64,000 nt of DNA, from NCBI GenBank assembly GCA_003162425.1, contig PMOK01000168.1, forward strand, positions 997 through 64,996, in the 5' to 3' direction. The stretch's first letter is position 1; each line of letters opens with the position of its first letter. Below, piece after piece: positions 26,556 through 35,846 of this stretch. The position numbers and the translations under genes were made by a program. The notes beneath the pieces were generated by a model that made no database searches, was not told where the DNA came from, and saw only the letters and a program-made list of their open reading frames with translations. The stretch is from Bryobacterales bacterium (GTDB taxonomy: Bacteria; Acidobacteriota; Terriglobia; Bryobacterales; Bryobacteraceae).

Positions 26556-27219
26556 TAGGATCAACCTAGCGCGCAGGCAGCCGCCATGCGGTCACCGAAC
26601 TCCGAGTGCGCCACAGTGGCAGAAGAAGGCGACCGCGTACTCATCCGCGGCGAGCACGGCGGCACCGACGCGCCCGAAAACATGTAGTGGCAGACGCGCG
26701 AGGCCGCGAAAGCGAAGGATCGCGTGGAGTAACGGCCTATAAGCGCTACAATCTGACAGAAATGGACTGGCTCCGCTCAGTACTCCTTGCCGCACGAATG
26801 AGGACCCAGCACTTCACAGAACCCGCAACGCTTCCCGAACCACAGCACAGCCTCGAAGAGCACTGGGAACCCGACCAGGTTGTGACGAGCGAGCCCCGCG
26901 CCGCAGGCCGCGCCCGATCAGACAGCACACAGGCTAGCACCCTGATCGTCGGAGGAAACGCCGCCAGCTTCCTGCAATGCCATAGCAACAATCCGTCGCT
27001 ACTCTCAAGCGAGCGCGGAAGCCCAGCGGACCCAAGCTTCTGGCTTACCGTAAAAGAAGGCTCGCCGTCCTCATTTAAGCGACAGAGCTACGAATGGCGC
27101 CAACTTCGCCACCAGCGACCGGAAGCGTCCAGCGCAGGAAGCCGGACGTCTTCGAGCTGTTGTTTCGCTTGAACTTGCAACACAACCGTCTCGATCGGGT
27201 TGAACCGTTGCATTCCTCA

Positions 27220-30200
27220 TCATCGCTTCGGCGAAGGCGCGTTTGCACCGGAGCCTCTCTTTTCAACATCCTGCGATTCGTCTAGGTACCGACTCAGTTT
27301 TGTCGCCAGAATTCCAACAGCGGGCTCAAAGAACACGCCTGTGTGGTCTCCCGGAATCTGGTGAACCTCCAGGCCGTCCTCTACTAGTTCACGCCAGCCC
27401 AATTGGATTTGCCAATAAGCGCCTGAGGGACGCCAGGAGGACTGGAACAGCACGACGCGGGCGGGGTAGCGGTGAGGTCGATAGGCACTGGCTGCAGAGT
27501 ACAGGATCTGATCTGCGTCCTGCGATCCGCTTTTGCTTAGGGGAGTCCCAACGTCGCTGGACAAGTGGTGAACCAGCCGCTTGCCCCGGCCGATGAGAGC
27601 ACGCAATCGGGACTTCAAATGGGTGAGAACCTTACTCACTCCGTCTTGGCGCAGATTTGTGATATGGAACGCGACTCTCTCGAGCCCCACTCTCATTCGA
27701 GCCATGACCGAGAGCTTCCAGAAATACGACCAATTCCGAGTGTCGATCAAGGCCAGGAGAGCCACCTGCTGCCCGCCACAAATGAGCTGTCTGGCCGTTT
27801 CGTACGCCAGGAGTCCGCTGAGGCACCAGCCTCCTAAATAGTACGGACCCTCGGGCTGCACTTCGCGCACTGCTCTCACCACACAAGCGGCGATATCTTC
27901 CAGCGTAGAGGGGACCGGCCCGTGCATTGAATCTAAGCCGCGAAGATCGATACCCAAGAGCGGCTGGTCAGAACCTAAGCGATCCGCGAGAGGCAGAAAA
28001 GCGGGGCCGCCTCCCAGGCAGAACAAGGGTGGCCGGGAACCAGCGGGCTGAATTGGAATCACTCGAAGAAGCTGGGCCGCGGAGTCCCCGGTTCGCATCG
28101 CGGTCGCCAGTTTTTCCACCGTGGGTGCCTGGAAGATGGTAGCCATCGACAGTTTCTGTCCGAAATCTCGTTCCAAGCGAGCAAGCATTTTTGCCACCAG
28201 CAGGGAATGGCCGCCCAGCTCGAAGAAATTATCCTGGGGCCCAACGCGGCTCACGCCGAGGAGCGTTCCCCAGATTTTCCCCAGCTGAAACTCCAAGGCA
28301 TCCACCGGAACCAAATCCTCGACTGAAGTGAAATCGTCTCGCTGGGGAGCTGGCAGTGCGCGGCGGTCAATCTTTCCGTTCGGCAATAGCGGTAACGATT
28401 TTAGAATCACGAACTGGGACGGCAGCATGAACTCCGGCAGCTTCCGTTCGAGGAAGCTTCGCAGCCCCTCGTGCATAACCGCTTTTCCTGGATGAGGCAC
28501 GATGTACGCCACCAACCGCTTCTCCTGCTGGTTGTCCTCCCAGGCGGACGCGGCAACGGCCAGGACCGAGGGGTGCGCCGCCAGCATCGCCTCGATCTCA
28601 CCCAGTTCGATCCGATAGCCGCGAATCTTCACCTGGAAGTCTTTTCTTCCCAGGAACTCGATGCTGCCGTTGGCGAGCCGCCGTCCCATGTCTCCGGTTC
28701 GATAGATCCTCTTGTTTCCGCCCTGCGGGTCCGGGAGAAAGGCCGCCCTGGTCAATTCCGGTTTCTGCCAATAACCGAGGGCGAGATGCGCGCTTCGGAT
28801 ACCGATCTCTCCATATAGGTCGGTTGGTTGGGCGGATTCATCCAGCAGCAGAACCTCCGTTTCCTCGACCGGATAGCCGACCGGCACCGACGCCCGGTCA
28901 ATCGGTGTTTCCTGATCGATAAAATACTGCAGCGTTACGGTTGATTCAGTTGGTCCGAATCCGTTGACAAACAGGCAGCCTTCGGAAAAATGCTTCCGGT
29001 ACAGATCCACATCCCTTTTGTCGGCGGCTTCTCCTCCCAAGACAATCAAACGAACGCTGGAGAAATCCTCCCCACCCCGCAAGGAACCCGCAAAATAGCG
29101 ATATATGGTCGGGGTGGAATGATAGATAGTAATCCGCTGGGCCGACAACCAGCCGGGCAGACTGCCGATTCCCTCGGCCCTCAGGTCGATTGGACATAGC
29201 CCCGCTCCATTGAGTAATGCGCCGAAGACGTCCATTACAGCCGCGTCAAAGCAGTAGGAGGAAATCAAGCTCAGCCGGTCGCTGGCGTCGATGTGCAGTG
29301 CGTTGGTGTAGCTGCTGATAAAGTGAAGCACATTCCGATGATTCTGCGCGACGCCTTTGGGCCGCCCGGTGGAACCGGAGGTGTAAAGAATGTACGCTGC
29401 CGCGTCCGGGGAAATGGAGAGCCCAAGGTCGTGTTCGGGAATGGAGGTCTGCTTCTGATCGACGTTCAGTACAGGAGTCTTTTTGTTTGACAGTTCATTG
29501 GCTAGAGACAGATTGGCCGCATTGGTCAGGATTGCGGCCGCCTGGCAATCATCCAAGACGTAGGAGATCCTCTCCCGCGGATAATGTGGGTCAATCGGAA
29601 CGTAGGTCTTACCCGCGTTCAGCACGCCCAGCATGCCGGCAATCATGGGAGCGTCCTGCTCAAACAGCAGAGCAATGTTCTCTGGTGCTGGCCCGCGCAA
29701 ATCCAAGAGAGCGCGTGCGACCTGGTTGGCTTTCCGTTTGAGAATCTCGTAGGTCCACTCACACCGTCTGGAGCGGACGGCAACGCGATCCGGATGCCGC
29801 CTCGCTTGCTGCTCGAAGCGCTGGAATATGGACTGCTCAATCTGGTCCCGTTCGAATCGCACAAAGGAGCTGTGGGGACAGACTGCATTGCGGCGGGTGG
29901 AAAGCTGCCGCCGCTCATCGCCGGAGAGGAGGGGCAAGGTCGAAATCGGCCGGTCCGGGTAGTCCACGATCCCGTGGAGCAACCTCTCCAGGTGCTCACG
30001 CATACGATCGATGGTCGCCGCTTCAAACAGGTCGGTGTTGTAGCGGAAGCGGCCGACCAAGCCTTCCGGCCGGTCGTCCAATGCGAGGTAGAGATCGGTT
30101 CTCGCCATGCCCGTATCGACGTCGATCTGCGTCAGTTGCCAGCCGGGCGAAAGATCCGGGAGCTGAGGCTCGAGAACGAACATCGCTTGAAACAGCGGGT

Positions 30201-31365
30201 GGCGGCCGGGGTCCCGTTCGGTTCCGAGTTCCTGCACCAGGCGATACACCGGAACATCGCCATGCGATAAAGCGCCTAACGTCACTTCTCGAACGCGCCG
30301 GACCAGTTCCCGGAATGTCGGGTTCGCCGAAAGGTCGGTGCGCAGCACCAAGGTGTTCAGAAAGAAACCCAGGAGACTTTCTACTTGCGGCCGTTTTCGG
30401 ATGGAATTGACCGTGGCGACGACGATGTCGGTTTGCCCGGTGTAGCGATAGAGCAAGGCCTGAAAGGCAGCCAGCAGTGTCATGAAGAGCGTGACGCCTT
30501 CGCGTTGGCTGAGCGCCTTCAAGGCTTCGGTCAAGCTCCCTGAAAAAGCGAAAGTCGGTTGCGCGCCGCGGAAACTGAGTAGCGGGGGACGGGGTCGGTC
30601 CACCGGCAACTCCAATGTCGCAGGCGCACCGGACAGTTGTTGCTTCCAGTAAGCGAGTTCCTCGGAAGCATCGTCTGGGAAAACCTCGCGTTGCCAATGA
30701 ACAAAGTCAGCGTAGCGGATGGGCAACTCGGGAAGCGACGGCGGTTTTCCGGTGGAACAGGCTTCGTACAAGCTGGCCAGCTCCGGGAGGAATACATTGT
30801 TGAGGGAGATGCCATCGAAGATGATGTGATGCAGGGTGAAGAATAAGCGGTGTTGCTCGTCCTCGAAGCGCACCAGCATGGCTCTGAGTAGCGGCCCCCG
30901 TTCCAGATCGAAAGGCCGACGCGAGTCTTCCGTAGCCAGCCTCAGAGCTTCTGCTTCTCGCTTGACCTCAGGAAGCCCGCGCAGGTCGACCACAGGCAGG
31001 TCGAGCGGGAACGGAGGCTGGACGATCTGGACCGGCTGCCCGTGCAAGCAGTGGAACGTGGTTCGCCAAGCCTCGTGCCGGCGAATGATCGCACTCAAGC
31101 TCTGCTCCAACGCCTTGACATCCAGCGGACCAGAGCGGTGTATGGTGACTGGCTCGTTGTAAATGGGGAGACCGGGGTCCATTTGAGCGTGCAGCCATAT
31201 TTGCTGTTGTCCATAGGAAAGTGGAGCGACGGGACCGGCTGGGCCGCGGGAAATCGGAGGCAGGCCGGCAGGTCTTGGCGGCAGATCTCCGCGGAGATAT
31301 TTTTGGAGCAGGAGGCGCTTCGAATCTGAAAGATGGGCCGCTTCAGCCATGGAACGCGGCACCAC
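27220..31365 (-). CDS. NRPS module C-A-T-TE
   Basis: C: HHIIFDGIS. A: LYTSGSTGRPKGV, FDAAVMD, NGFGPTE, YRTGDMGR, GRKDFQVKIRGYRIELGEIE, LPNGKIDRRAL. T: FFELGGHSLL. TE: GGWCLSG..LIDT..PGDH. An alternative ATG at 31350 gives ATGgcTGA overlap with the P450 stop. Confidence 0.95.
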   Translation of the reverse strand: MVPRSMAEAAHLSDSKRLLLQKYLRGDLPPRPAGLPPISRGPAGPVAPLSYGQQQIWLHAQMDPGLPIYNEPVTIHRSGPLDVKALEQSLSAIIRRHEAWRTTFHCLHGQPVQIVQPPFPLDLPVVDLRGLPEVKREAEALRLATEDSRRPFDLERGPLLRAMLVRFEDEQHRLFFTLHHIIFDGISLNNVFLPELASLYEACSTGKPPSLPELPIRYADFVHWQREVFPDDASEELAYWKQQLSGAPATLELPVDRPRPPLLSFRGAQPTFAFSGSLTEALKALSQREGVTLFMTLLAAFQALLYRYTGQTDIVVATVNSIRKRPQVESLLGFFLNTLVLRTDLSANPTFRELVRRVREVTLGALSHGDVPVYRLVQELGTERDPGRHPLFQAMFVLEPQLPDLSPGWQLTQIDVDTGMARTDLYLALDDRPEGLVGRFRYNTDLFEAATIDRMREHLERLLHGIVDYPDRPISTLPLLSGDERRQLSTRRNAVCPHSSFVRFERDQIEQSIFQRFEQQARRHPDRVAVRSRRCEWTYEILKRKANQVARALLDLRGPAPENIALLFEQDAPMIAGMLGVLNAGKTYVPIDPHYPRERISYVLDDCQAAAILTNAANLSLANELSNKKTPVLNVDQKQTSIPEHDLGLSISPDAAAYILYTSGSTGRPKGVAQNHRNVLHFISSYTNALHIDASDRLSLISSYCFDAAVMDVFGALLNGAGLCPIDLRAEGIGSLPGWLSAQRITIYHSTPTIYRYFAGSLRGGEDFSSVRLIVLGGEAADKRDVDLYRKHFSEGCLFVNGFGPTESTVTLQYFIDQETPIDRASVPVGYPVEETEVLLLDESAQPTDLYGEIGIRSAHLALGYWQKPELTRAAFLPDPQGGNKRIYRTGDMGRRLANGSIEFLGRKDFQVKIRGYRIELGEIEAMLAAHPSVLAVAASAWEDNQQEKRLVAYIVPHPGKAVMHEGLRSFLERKLPEFMLPSQFVILKSLPLLPNGKIDRRALPAPQRDDFTSVEDLVPVDALEFQLGKIWGTLLGVSRVGPQDNFFELGGHSLLVAKMLARLERDFGQKLSMATIFQAPTVEKLATAMRTGDSAAQLLRVIPIQPAGSRPPLFCLGGGPAFLPLADRLGSDQPLLGIDLRGLDSMHGPVPSTLEDIAACVVRAVREVQPEGPYYLGGWCLSGLLAYETARQLICGGQQVALLALIDTRNWSYFWKLSVMARMRVGLERVAFHITNLRQDGVSKVLTHLKSRLRALIGRGKRLVHHLSSDVGTPLSKSGSQDADQILYSAASAYRPHRYPARVVLFQSSWRPSGAYWQIQLGWRELVEDGLEVHQIPGDHTGVFFEPAVGILATKLSRYLDESQDVEKRGSGANAPSPKR

Positions 31366-32629
31366 GCGCAGCCGATTCAGGGTCTGCTATCCGGACGGGC
31401 AGGGCTGTCAAGCCGCGCAATCCCAGGTTTTGCCGCCAAACCAGAGGCCCGGGTTCCAGAGTAAGATTCGGAAGCCGGCGCAGCAACGTTTCGAAAGCAA
31501 TTTGAGCTTCCATGCGAGCCAAGGGAGCGCCGAAGCAAAAATGAGCGGCCCAACCGAATGCCACGTGCCGGTTGTCCACGCGCGTGATGTCGAGCCGGTC
31601 CGGGTCGGCAAATCGCTCCGGATCGCGATTGGCGGCGCCCATCACGGCAATCACGGCCTGGCGCTTGCGGATCAGTTTTCCGCCCAGTTCCACGTCGGCC
31701 GGCGCCATGCGGGTGGTGTGCTGGCTGGGGGTCTCATAGCGCAGCAGCTCTTCGATCGCGGAAGGAATCCAGGAGAGGTCAGCCCGCAGTGTTTCCAATT
31801 GATCGGGGTTGCGCAGCAAGCTGAGCATGCCGTTTCCAATCAGGTTGGTTGTGGTTTCCTGGCCCCCCACCATGGTCACGATACAATTGGCGATCACCTC
31901 TTCTTCGCTCAACCGGTCGCCTCCGATCTCGGCCGTACTCAGCGCATGGATGAGGCCCTCCCGCGGATGGTCGCGCTGTTCGCGGATGGCCGCGCGAAAA
32001 TAGGCGGTCATTTCCTCGACGCTTTTCAGTACGCGCGGAATGCGGTCCGGGTTGTATTGGAAGTTTCCGAGCATCTCAGCGAAATCCGCGGACCAGGCTT
32101 TGAGTTGAAGATGGTCGGCAACCGGCACACCCAGCATTCCGGCCGTGACGATGGCGGGCAACGGGCTGGCAAAGTCTCGCAGCAAATCCATACTGCTCCC
32201 GGCCGCGACCGCATCCAGCAGGCTATCGGCGATCTCCTGGATGTGAGAACGCAACATGGCCACCCGGCGGGGCGTGAAGGCCGCGGAGGCGAGGGCGCGC
32301 AGCCGAGTATGTGCCGGCGCGTCCATGAAAAGCATCTGGCTCACCATCATTTGAGCGATGGGGTTCAACGCCGCGAGTCCGATCGCCGTCAGATGCTCGG
32401 GCGTGGGTGTTACATCGGCGGAGAAGTCGTGCAGCACTTGGATCACGTCACAATAACGGGTGACCACCCAGGCGTGCAGGAAGATATCCCAATGCACCGG
32501 GTCCTCGGTCCGGAGTCGGTGATAAAGAGGATAGGGGTTGGCAAGAACCTCAGGGTCGAGCAGATGGTAGAGGCTCAAAGAAGGACCGGGCTGGGTGCCT
32601 TGGTGGGCGGGAACTGCGCTTGTCGTCAC
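31343..32629 (-). CDS. cytochrome P450
   Basis: I-helix MVGGQETTTN, ExxR EELLRYETP, heme loop FGWAAHFCFGAPLAR. Its start lies 4 nt after the A-T gene stop. Confidence 0.95.
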   Translation of the reverse strand: MTTSAVPAHQGTQPGPSLSLYHLLDPEVLANPYPLYHRLRTEDPVHWDIFLHAWVVTRYCDVIQVLHDFSADVTPTPEHLTAIGLAALNPIAQMMVSQMLFMDAPAHTRLRALASAAFTPRRVAMLRSHIQEIADSLLDAVAAGSSMDLLRDFASPLPAIVTAGMLGVPVADHLQLKAWSADFAEMLGNFQYNPDRIPRVLKSVEEMTAYFRAAIREQRDHPREGLIHALSTAEIGGDRLSEEEVIANCIVTMVGGQETTTNLIGNGMLSLLRNPDQLETLRADLSWIPSAIEELLRYETPSQHTTRMAPADVELGGKLIRKRQAVIAVMGAANRDPERFADPDRLDITRVDNRHVAFGWAAHFCFGAPLARMEAQIAFETLLRRLPNLTLEPGPLVWRQNLGLRGLTALPVRIADPESAARGAAFHG

Positions 32630-32632
32630 GTG

Positions 32633-34558
32633 TCATTCTCTCTCTGCTAAAGCGTTCAGGGCCTCTTCTTCGCTCATGGCTTCCAGCCCGGCGATCATCA
32701 ACCGTTCGATCAAGGCGGACATGGCGCTCACAGTCGGATGCTCGAACAGGTTGCGCAAAGAAAGTTCCACTCCGAAGACACTGCGTACTCGCGCGATCAC
32801 TTGTGCCCCAAGCAACGAGTGGCCGCCCATTTGGAAAAAGTTGTCCTCAACGCCCACTTGTTCCAGATTCAGCAGACTCTTCAGGATTCCCGACAAGTGC
32901 TGTTCCACCGCCGTGCGAGGAGCGACGAAGATCGGCGCGCTCTCGGGATCCGGAGCCGGTAGTGCGGCGAGATCCAATTTACCGTTCGGGGTGAGCGGAA
33001 GAGCGGGAAGAAACACAAAGAACGCCGGCAGCATGTAATCGGGCAGTTTCGTTTTAAGGAACTCCCGAAGAAGCTGGCAGGAGGGCTGGGAGTCCGGAGC
33101 CGTTACAACATACGCGATGAGTTGCTGGTCACCCGGTGTGTCTTCGCGCGCCACGACCAGGCTCGATTCGATCATCGGGTGAATATTCAGCAAAGCCGAG
33201 ATTTCGTCTGGTTCGATACGGTAGCCCCGGATCTTGATCTGCCGATCCGCTCGCCCCAGAAAAGCGACCTGGCCATCCGGCAAAAACCGCCCCAGGTCGC
33301 CGGTTCGATACATGCGGGCGCCCGGTGTTGCGCTGAACGGATCAGGAATGAATCTTTCCGCGGTAAGCTCTGGGTCATTCCGATATCCGCGCGCCAGGCT
33401 CGCCCCGCCGATGTACAGTTCGCCAGCTTGGCCGGGCGCGACCGGTTGTTGATGGTTGTCCAGAACGTATACTTCGGTGTTGGCGATGGGCCAACCAATT
33501 GGTGGCAGCGCGTCGCAACATTCTTCCGGCTTCAAGGCGCCGGAGGTCGCCACCACCGTGCATTCGGTAGGTCCGTAATTGTTCACTACCTCGAACGGCA
33601 GGCCGGGCGGCGGATAGCGGTGGAGCCGATCGCCACCAGTGAGCATCGCGCGCAACGCCGTGCCGCGTGGCCATTCCAGCCTCATCACGCGCTCGGCCAT
33701 AGGCGTGGGAACAAAGCTGATCGTGATCTCTTGGGCCACTAGCCAGTCCCGCAGAAGCTCCGGGGATTGGCGCGTTTCGTCATCGGCAAGATGGACGCTG
33801 GCTCCAGCGGTCAGGTATGGCCACAACTCCCAGACCGCCGCGTCGAAGCTCAGACCGGCGATCTGGCTGGCGCGGTCGGCTGATGTCACTTGGAAGGCAT
33901 GCTGGTGCCACGACACCAGGTTGGACAGGCTGGCATGTGTGATCTCGACTCCTTTCGGGGAGCCAGTGGAGCCGGAGGTGTAAATCACGTAAGCCAGTTG
34001 TTGAGTCAGAGCTTCATCGACCGGAGAGCTCGCATCCTGGCGCGCAATGCTTCGACTTCCGGCGTCCAGTTCCACTACCTGGCAGCCGCCGGAGGGAAAG
34101 CGCTGAGCCAAGTCCGCATCTGTCACCAGTACCGGAGCGTGGGCATCACGCAACATGAAGGCTAAGCGGTCCGACGGATAAGCAGGGTCCAATGGAAGAT
34201 AGGCGGCGCCAGCCTTTAGGATGCCTAAGGCGGCAACCGGCAGTCCGATGGAACGGTGCAAGCAGAGGCCAACGACCACCTCCGGCCCGACACCGAGCAT
34301 GCATAGTCGGTCGGCCACCTGGTCGGACCGAACCTCAAGCTCCCCATAGCTCAACGCCTCTCCGTTTGCGACTAGCGCGACCTGCTCAGGCCGGGCGGCC
34401 GCGTGAGCCGCCACGAGCTGAGGCACACAAGCACCCGTTTGGTTTCCGAGTGACACCCGGTTGCCGTCGTTCGTAGACACCGAACTGCAGGGAACGGCTA
34501 GGCCCCGAAACATAGCTTGCTGCTGGTTGAACCGGTATTGTAACCCGAGACCCGGCAA
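32633..34558 (-). CDS. NRPS loading didomain A-T (predicted Leu)
   Basis: IYTSGSTGSPKGV, FDAAVWE, NNYGPTE, YRTGDLGR, GRADRQIKIRGYRIEPDEI, TPNGKLD, FFQMGGHSLL. Stachelhaus residues read by alignment to GrsA give DAWFLGNVVK. ATG at 34513 is a likelier start than the TTG at 34558. Confidence 0.95.
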   Translation of the reverse strand: MPGLGLQYRFNQQQAMFRGLAVPCSSVSTNDGNRVSLGNQTGACVPQLVAAHAAARPEQVALVANGEALSYGELEVRSDQVADRLCMLGVGPEVVVGLCLHRSIGLPVAALGILKAGAAYLPLDPAYPSDRLAFMLRDAHAPVLVTDADLAQRFPSGGCQVVELDAGSRSIARQDASSPVDEALTQQLAYVIYTSGSTGSPKGVEITHASLSNLVSWHQHAFQVTSADRASQIAGLSFDAAVWELWPYLTAGASVHLADDETRQSPELLRDWLVAQEITISFVPTPMAERVMRLEWPRGTALRAMLTGGDRLHRYPPPGLPFEVVNNYGPTECTVVATSGALKPEECCDALPPIGWPIANTEVYVLDNHQQPVAPGQAGELYIGGASLARGYRNDPELTAERFIPDPFSATPGARMYRTGDLGRFLPDGQVAFLGRADRQIKIRGYRIEPDEISALLNIHPMIESSLVVAREDTPGDQQLIAYVVTAPDSQPSCQLLREFLKTKLPDYMLPAFFVFLPALPLTPNGKLDLAALPAPDPESAPIFVAPRTAVEQHLSGILKSLLNLEQVGVEDNFFQMGGHSLLGAQVIARVRSVFGVELSLRNLFEHPTVSAMSALIERLMIAGLEAMSEEEALNALAERE

Positions 34559-35037
34559 AATACTATAGGTACTAGCAGTTCAATTGCAGTTGTGAAACTT
34601 CCGGCATCAGGAGATTGCCACTTGGCTCTGATCATTAGCCATCCGAAAGAGCTGCAAAAGCAAGATTCTGGGGACATATGACAAAAGTTGTCGAGTTCCG
34701 GCGAACATGTCCTCTACGGAGTAGTACTGATAGTACATAATTTCGTCGAAAGAGTCTGGGCACATAATAAGCCTTCCGATTCCCTCTCGCAGTGAGACTT
34801 CTGGGAGCCGAAACAACTAACTTACGGCCCTGCTGGCGCCTGGGGTCACCGACGATCTGAGAACCGTCTGGGCGAATGCCGATGGTTCAGTAACGTTGAT
34901 CGGTGCAGGGGCCCAACCGTCCTCTTCGGGGTGATTATTGGTCGGCGCGGAAGTTTTGAATTGCTCATACGGCAACGCGCCGGTTGCATAGCGTGCCAGC
35001 AGAGCAGCCAGAGTTGGGTTCCGCGCCGCCGCCTTGA

Positions 35038-35502
35038 CGATCCGGTCAACCCGACTGGCTGCGAAAAGACGCAACGTACCCCGCGCGATTTGCTCAAGCA
35101 CGAGAGCGAGCTACCCAGACCCTTGAAGACGAGGCTGTTCGTCGGGCTGTGGAGGGAGTCCGCAGACCGGTTCTCTACCGCGGGAAACAGGTCTACATCC
35201 AGGGTAAGCCGCTATTTGACATCGAGTATTCGGACCAACTTCTGATCCGCCTACTAGAGGCCTTTAATCCTGAAAAGTATGGTCGACGCGTCGAGCAGAT
35301 CAACCTGATGGATATCGATCCGGATAAGCTCACGCCCGAAGTACTCGATAAACTGGCTGATCATCTGATTCAGAAGGCGCTGAAAGAGAAGGGGTTGAAT
35401 AGCCCCGAGATGGTAGCTGAAGTCGGCCGCCGTCTGGAGGCCGGGGAGACCGTGACCGTTGAGGCGCTGGCGCAGGAGCAGACGGATGAGCCTGGGAAAT
35501 GA
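35038..35502 (+). pseudogene. 5'-truncated terminase small-subunit-like gene, copy 2 (longer than copy 1)
   Basis: The frame is open from 35038 with no start: ..ARFAQARERATQTLEDEAVRRAVEGVRRPVLYRGKQVYIQGKPLFDIEYSDQLLIRLLEAFNPEKYGRR... The track ORF starts at GTG 35149. Confidence 0.55.
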
Positions 35503-35637
35503 GCACGCTGGTGATTCTCGAGAGGGCAAGCGGCGACGGGTGTGGTGCCGCGAGTGTTGACACGGCTTGCCGAGGCTCGCAAACAGCTCGAAGCTCGCGC
35601 CGTTGCAATGACGCCGAGGCGCCCGCAGTTGCGAAAA
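35165..35637 (+). repeat. direct repeat, right copy, flanking the NRPS cassette
   Basis: See 26096-26555. Same orientation, 9069 bp apart. Confidence 0.85.
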
Positions 35638-35846
35638 GCTCCAGGAGAGTGATTCGCCGGCCGGATTCAGAGGACTGGTTGGTCACGGTCAAACCACGCT
35701 CGAAGCGGTGCTTCGCTCTCTGTTCACCGGGCGAGCAACTCGCTCAGGCTTGGTTGCTCGTTCCGCTCACGTTGCATGGGGTCCTTCGTTATGCGCCGGA
35801 TGAAAACTTGCGCAAAATGATGCTCCACAGCCTTCACAGACGCCAC

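Noticed and set aside
26606-27172. 188-aa Arg/Ser-rich + strand ORF between the left repeat and the NRPS TE end
   Set aside because: Extreme Arg/Ser/Pro bias, no SD, no motif. This is probably non-coding or heavily decayed DNA, and I could not identify what the 660 bp once encoded.
31349-32650. 433-aa + strand ORF covering the same interval as the P450 gene
   Set aside because: It is Arg/Gly/His-rich with no motifs. The minus-strand frame carries the complete P450 signature set (I-helix, ExxR, FxxGxxxCxG). Long antisense ORFs are expected in GC-rich DNA.
34607-34816. 69-aa ORF just upstream of the NRPS, as an MbtH-like or precursor peptide
   Set aside because: It lacks the Trp-rich MbtH signature, needs a TTG start, is AT-rich, and sits in the likely promoter region.
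22574-34819. The two in-frame TAG codons as evidence of amber recoding (pyrrolysine or suppression)
   Set aside because: The sigma TAG replaces a conserved Trp by a single transition. The second TAG lies in doubtful coding sequence. TAG serves as the stop of the excisionase-like CDS 45101..45364 in this window, and no pyl genes are visible.
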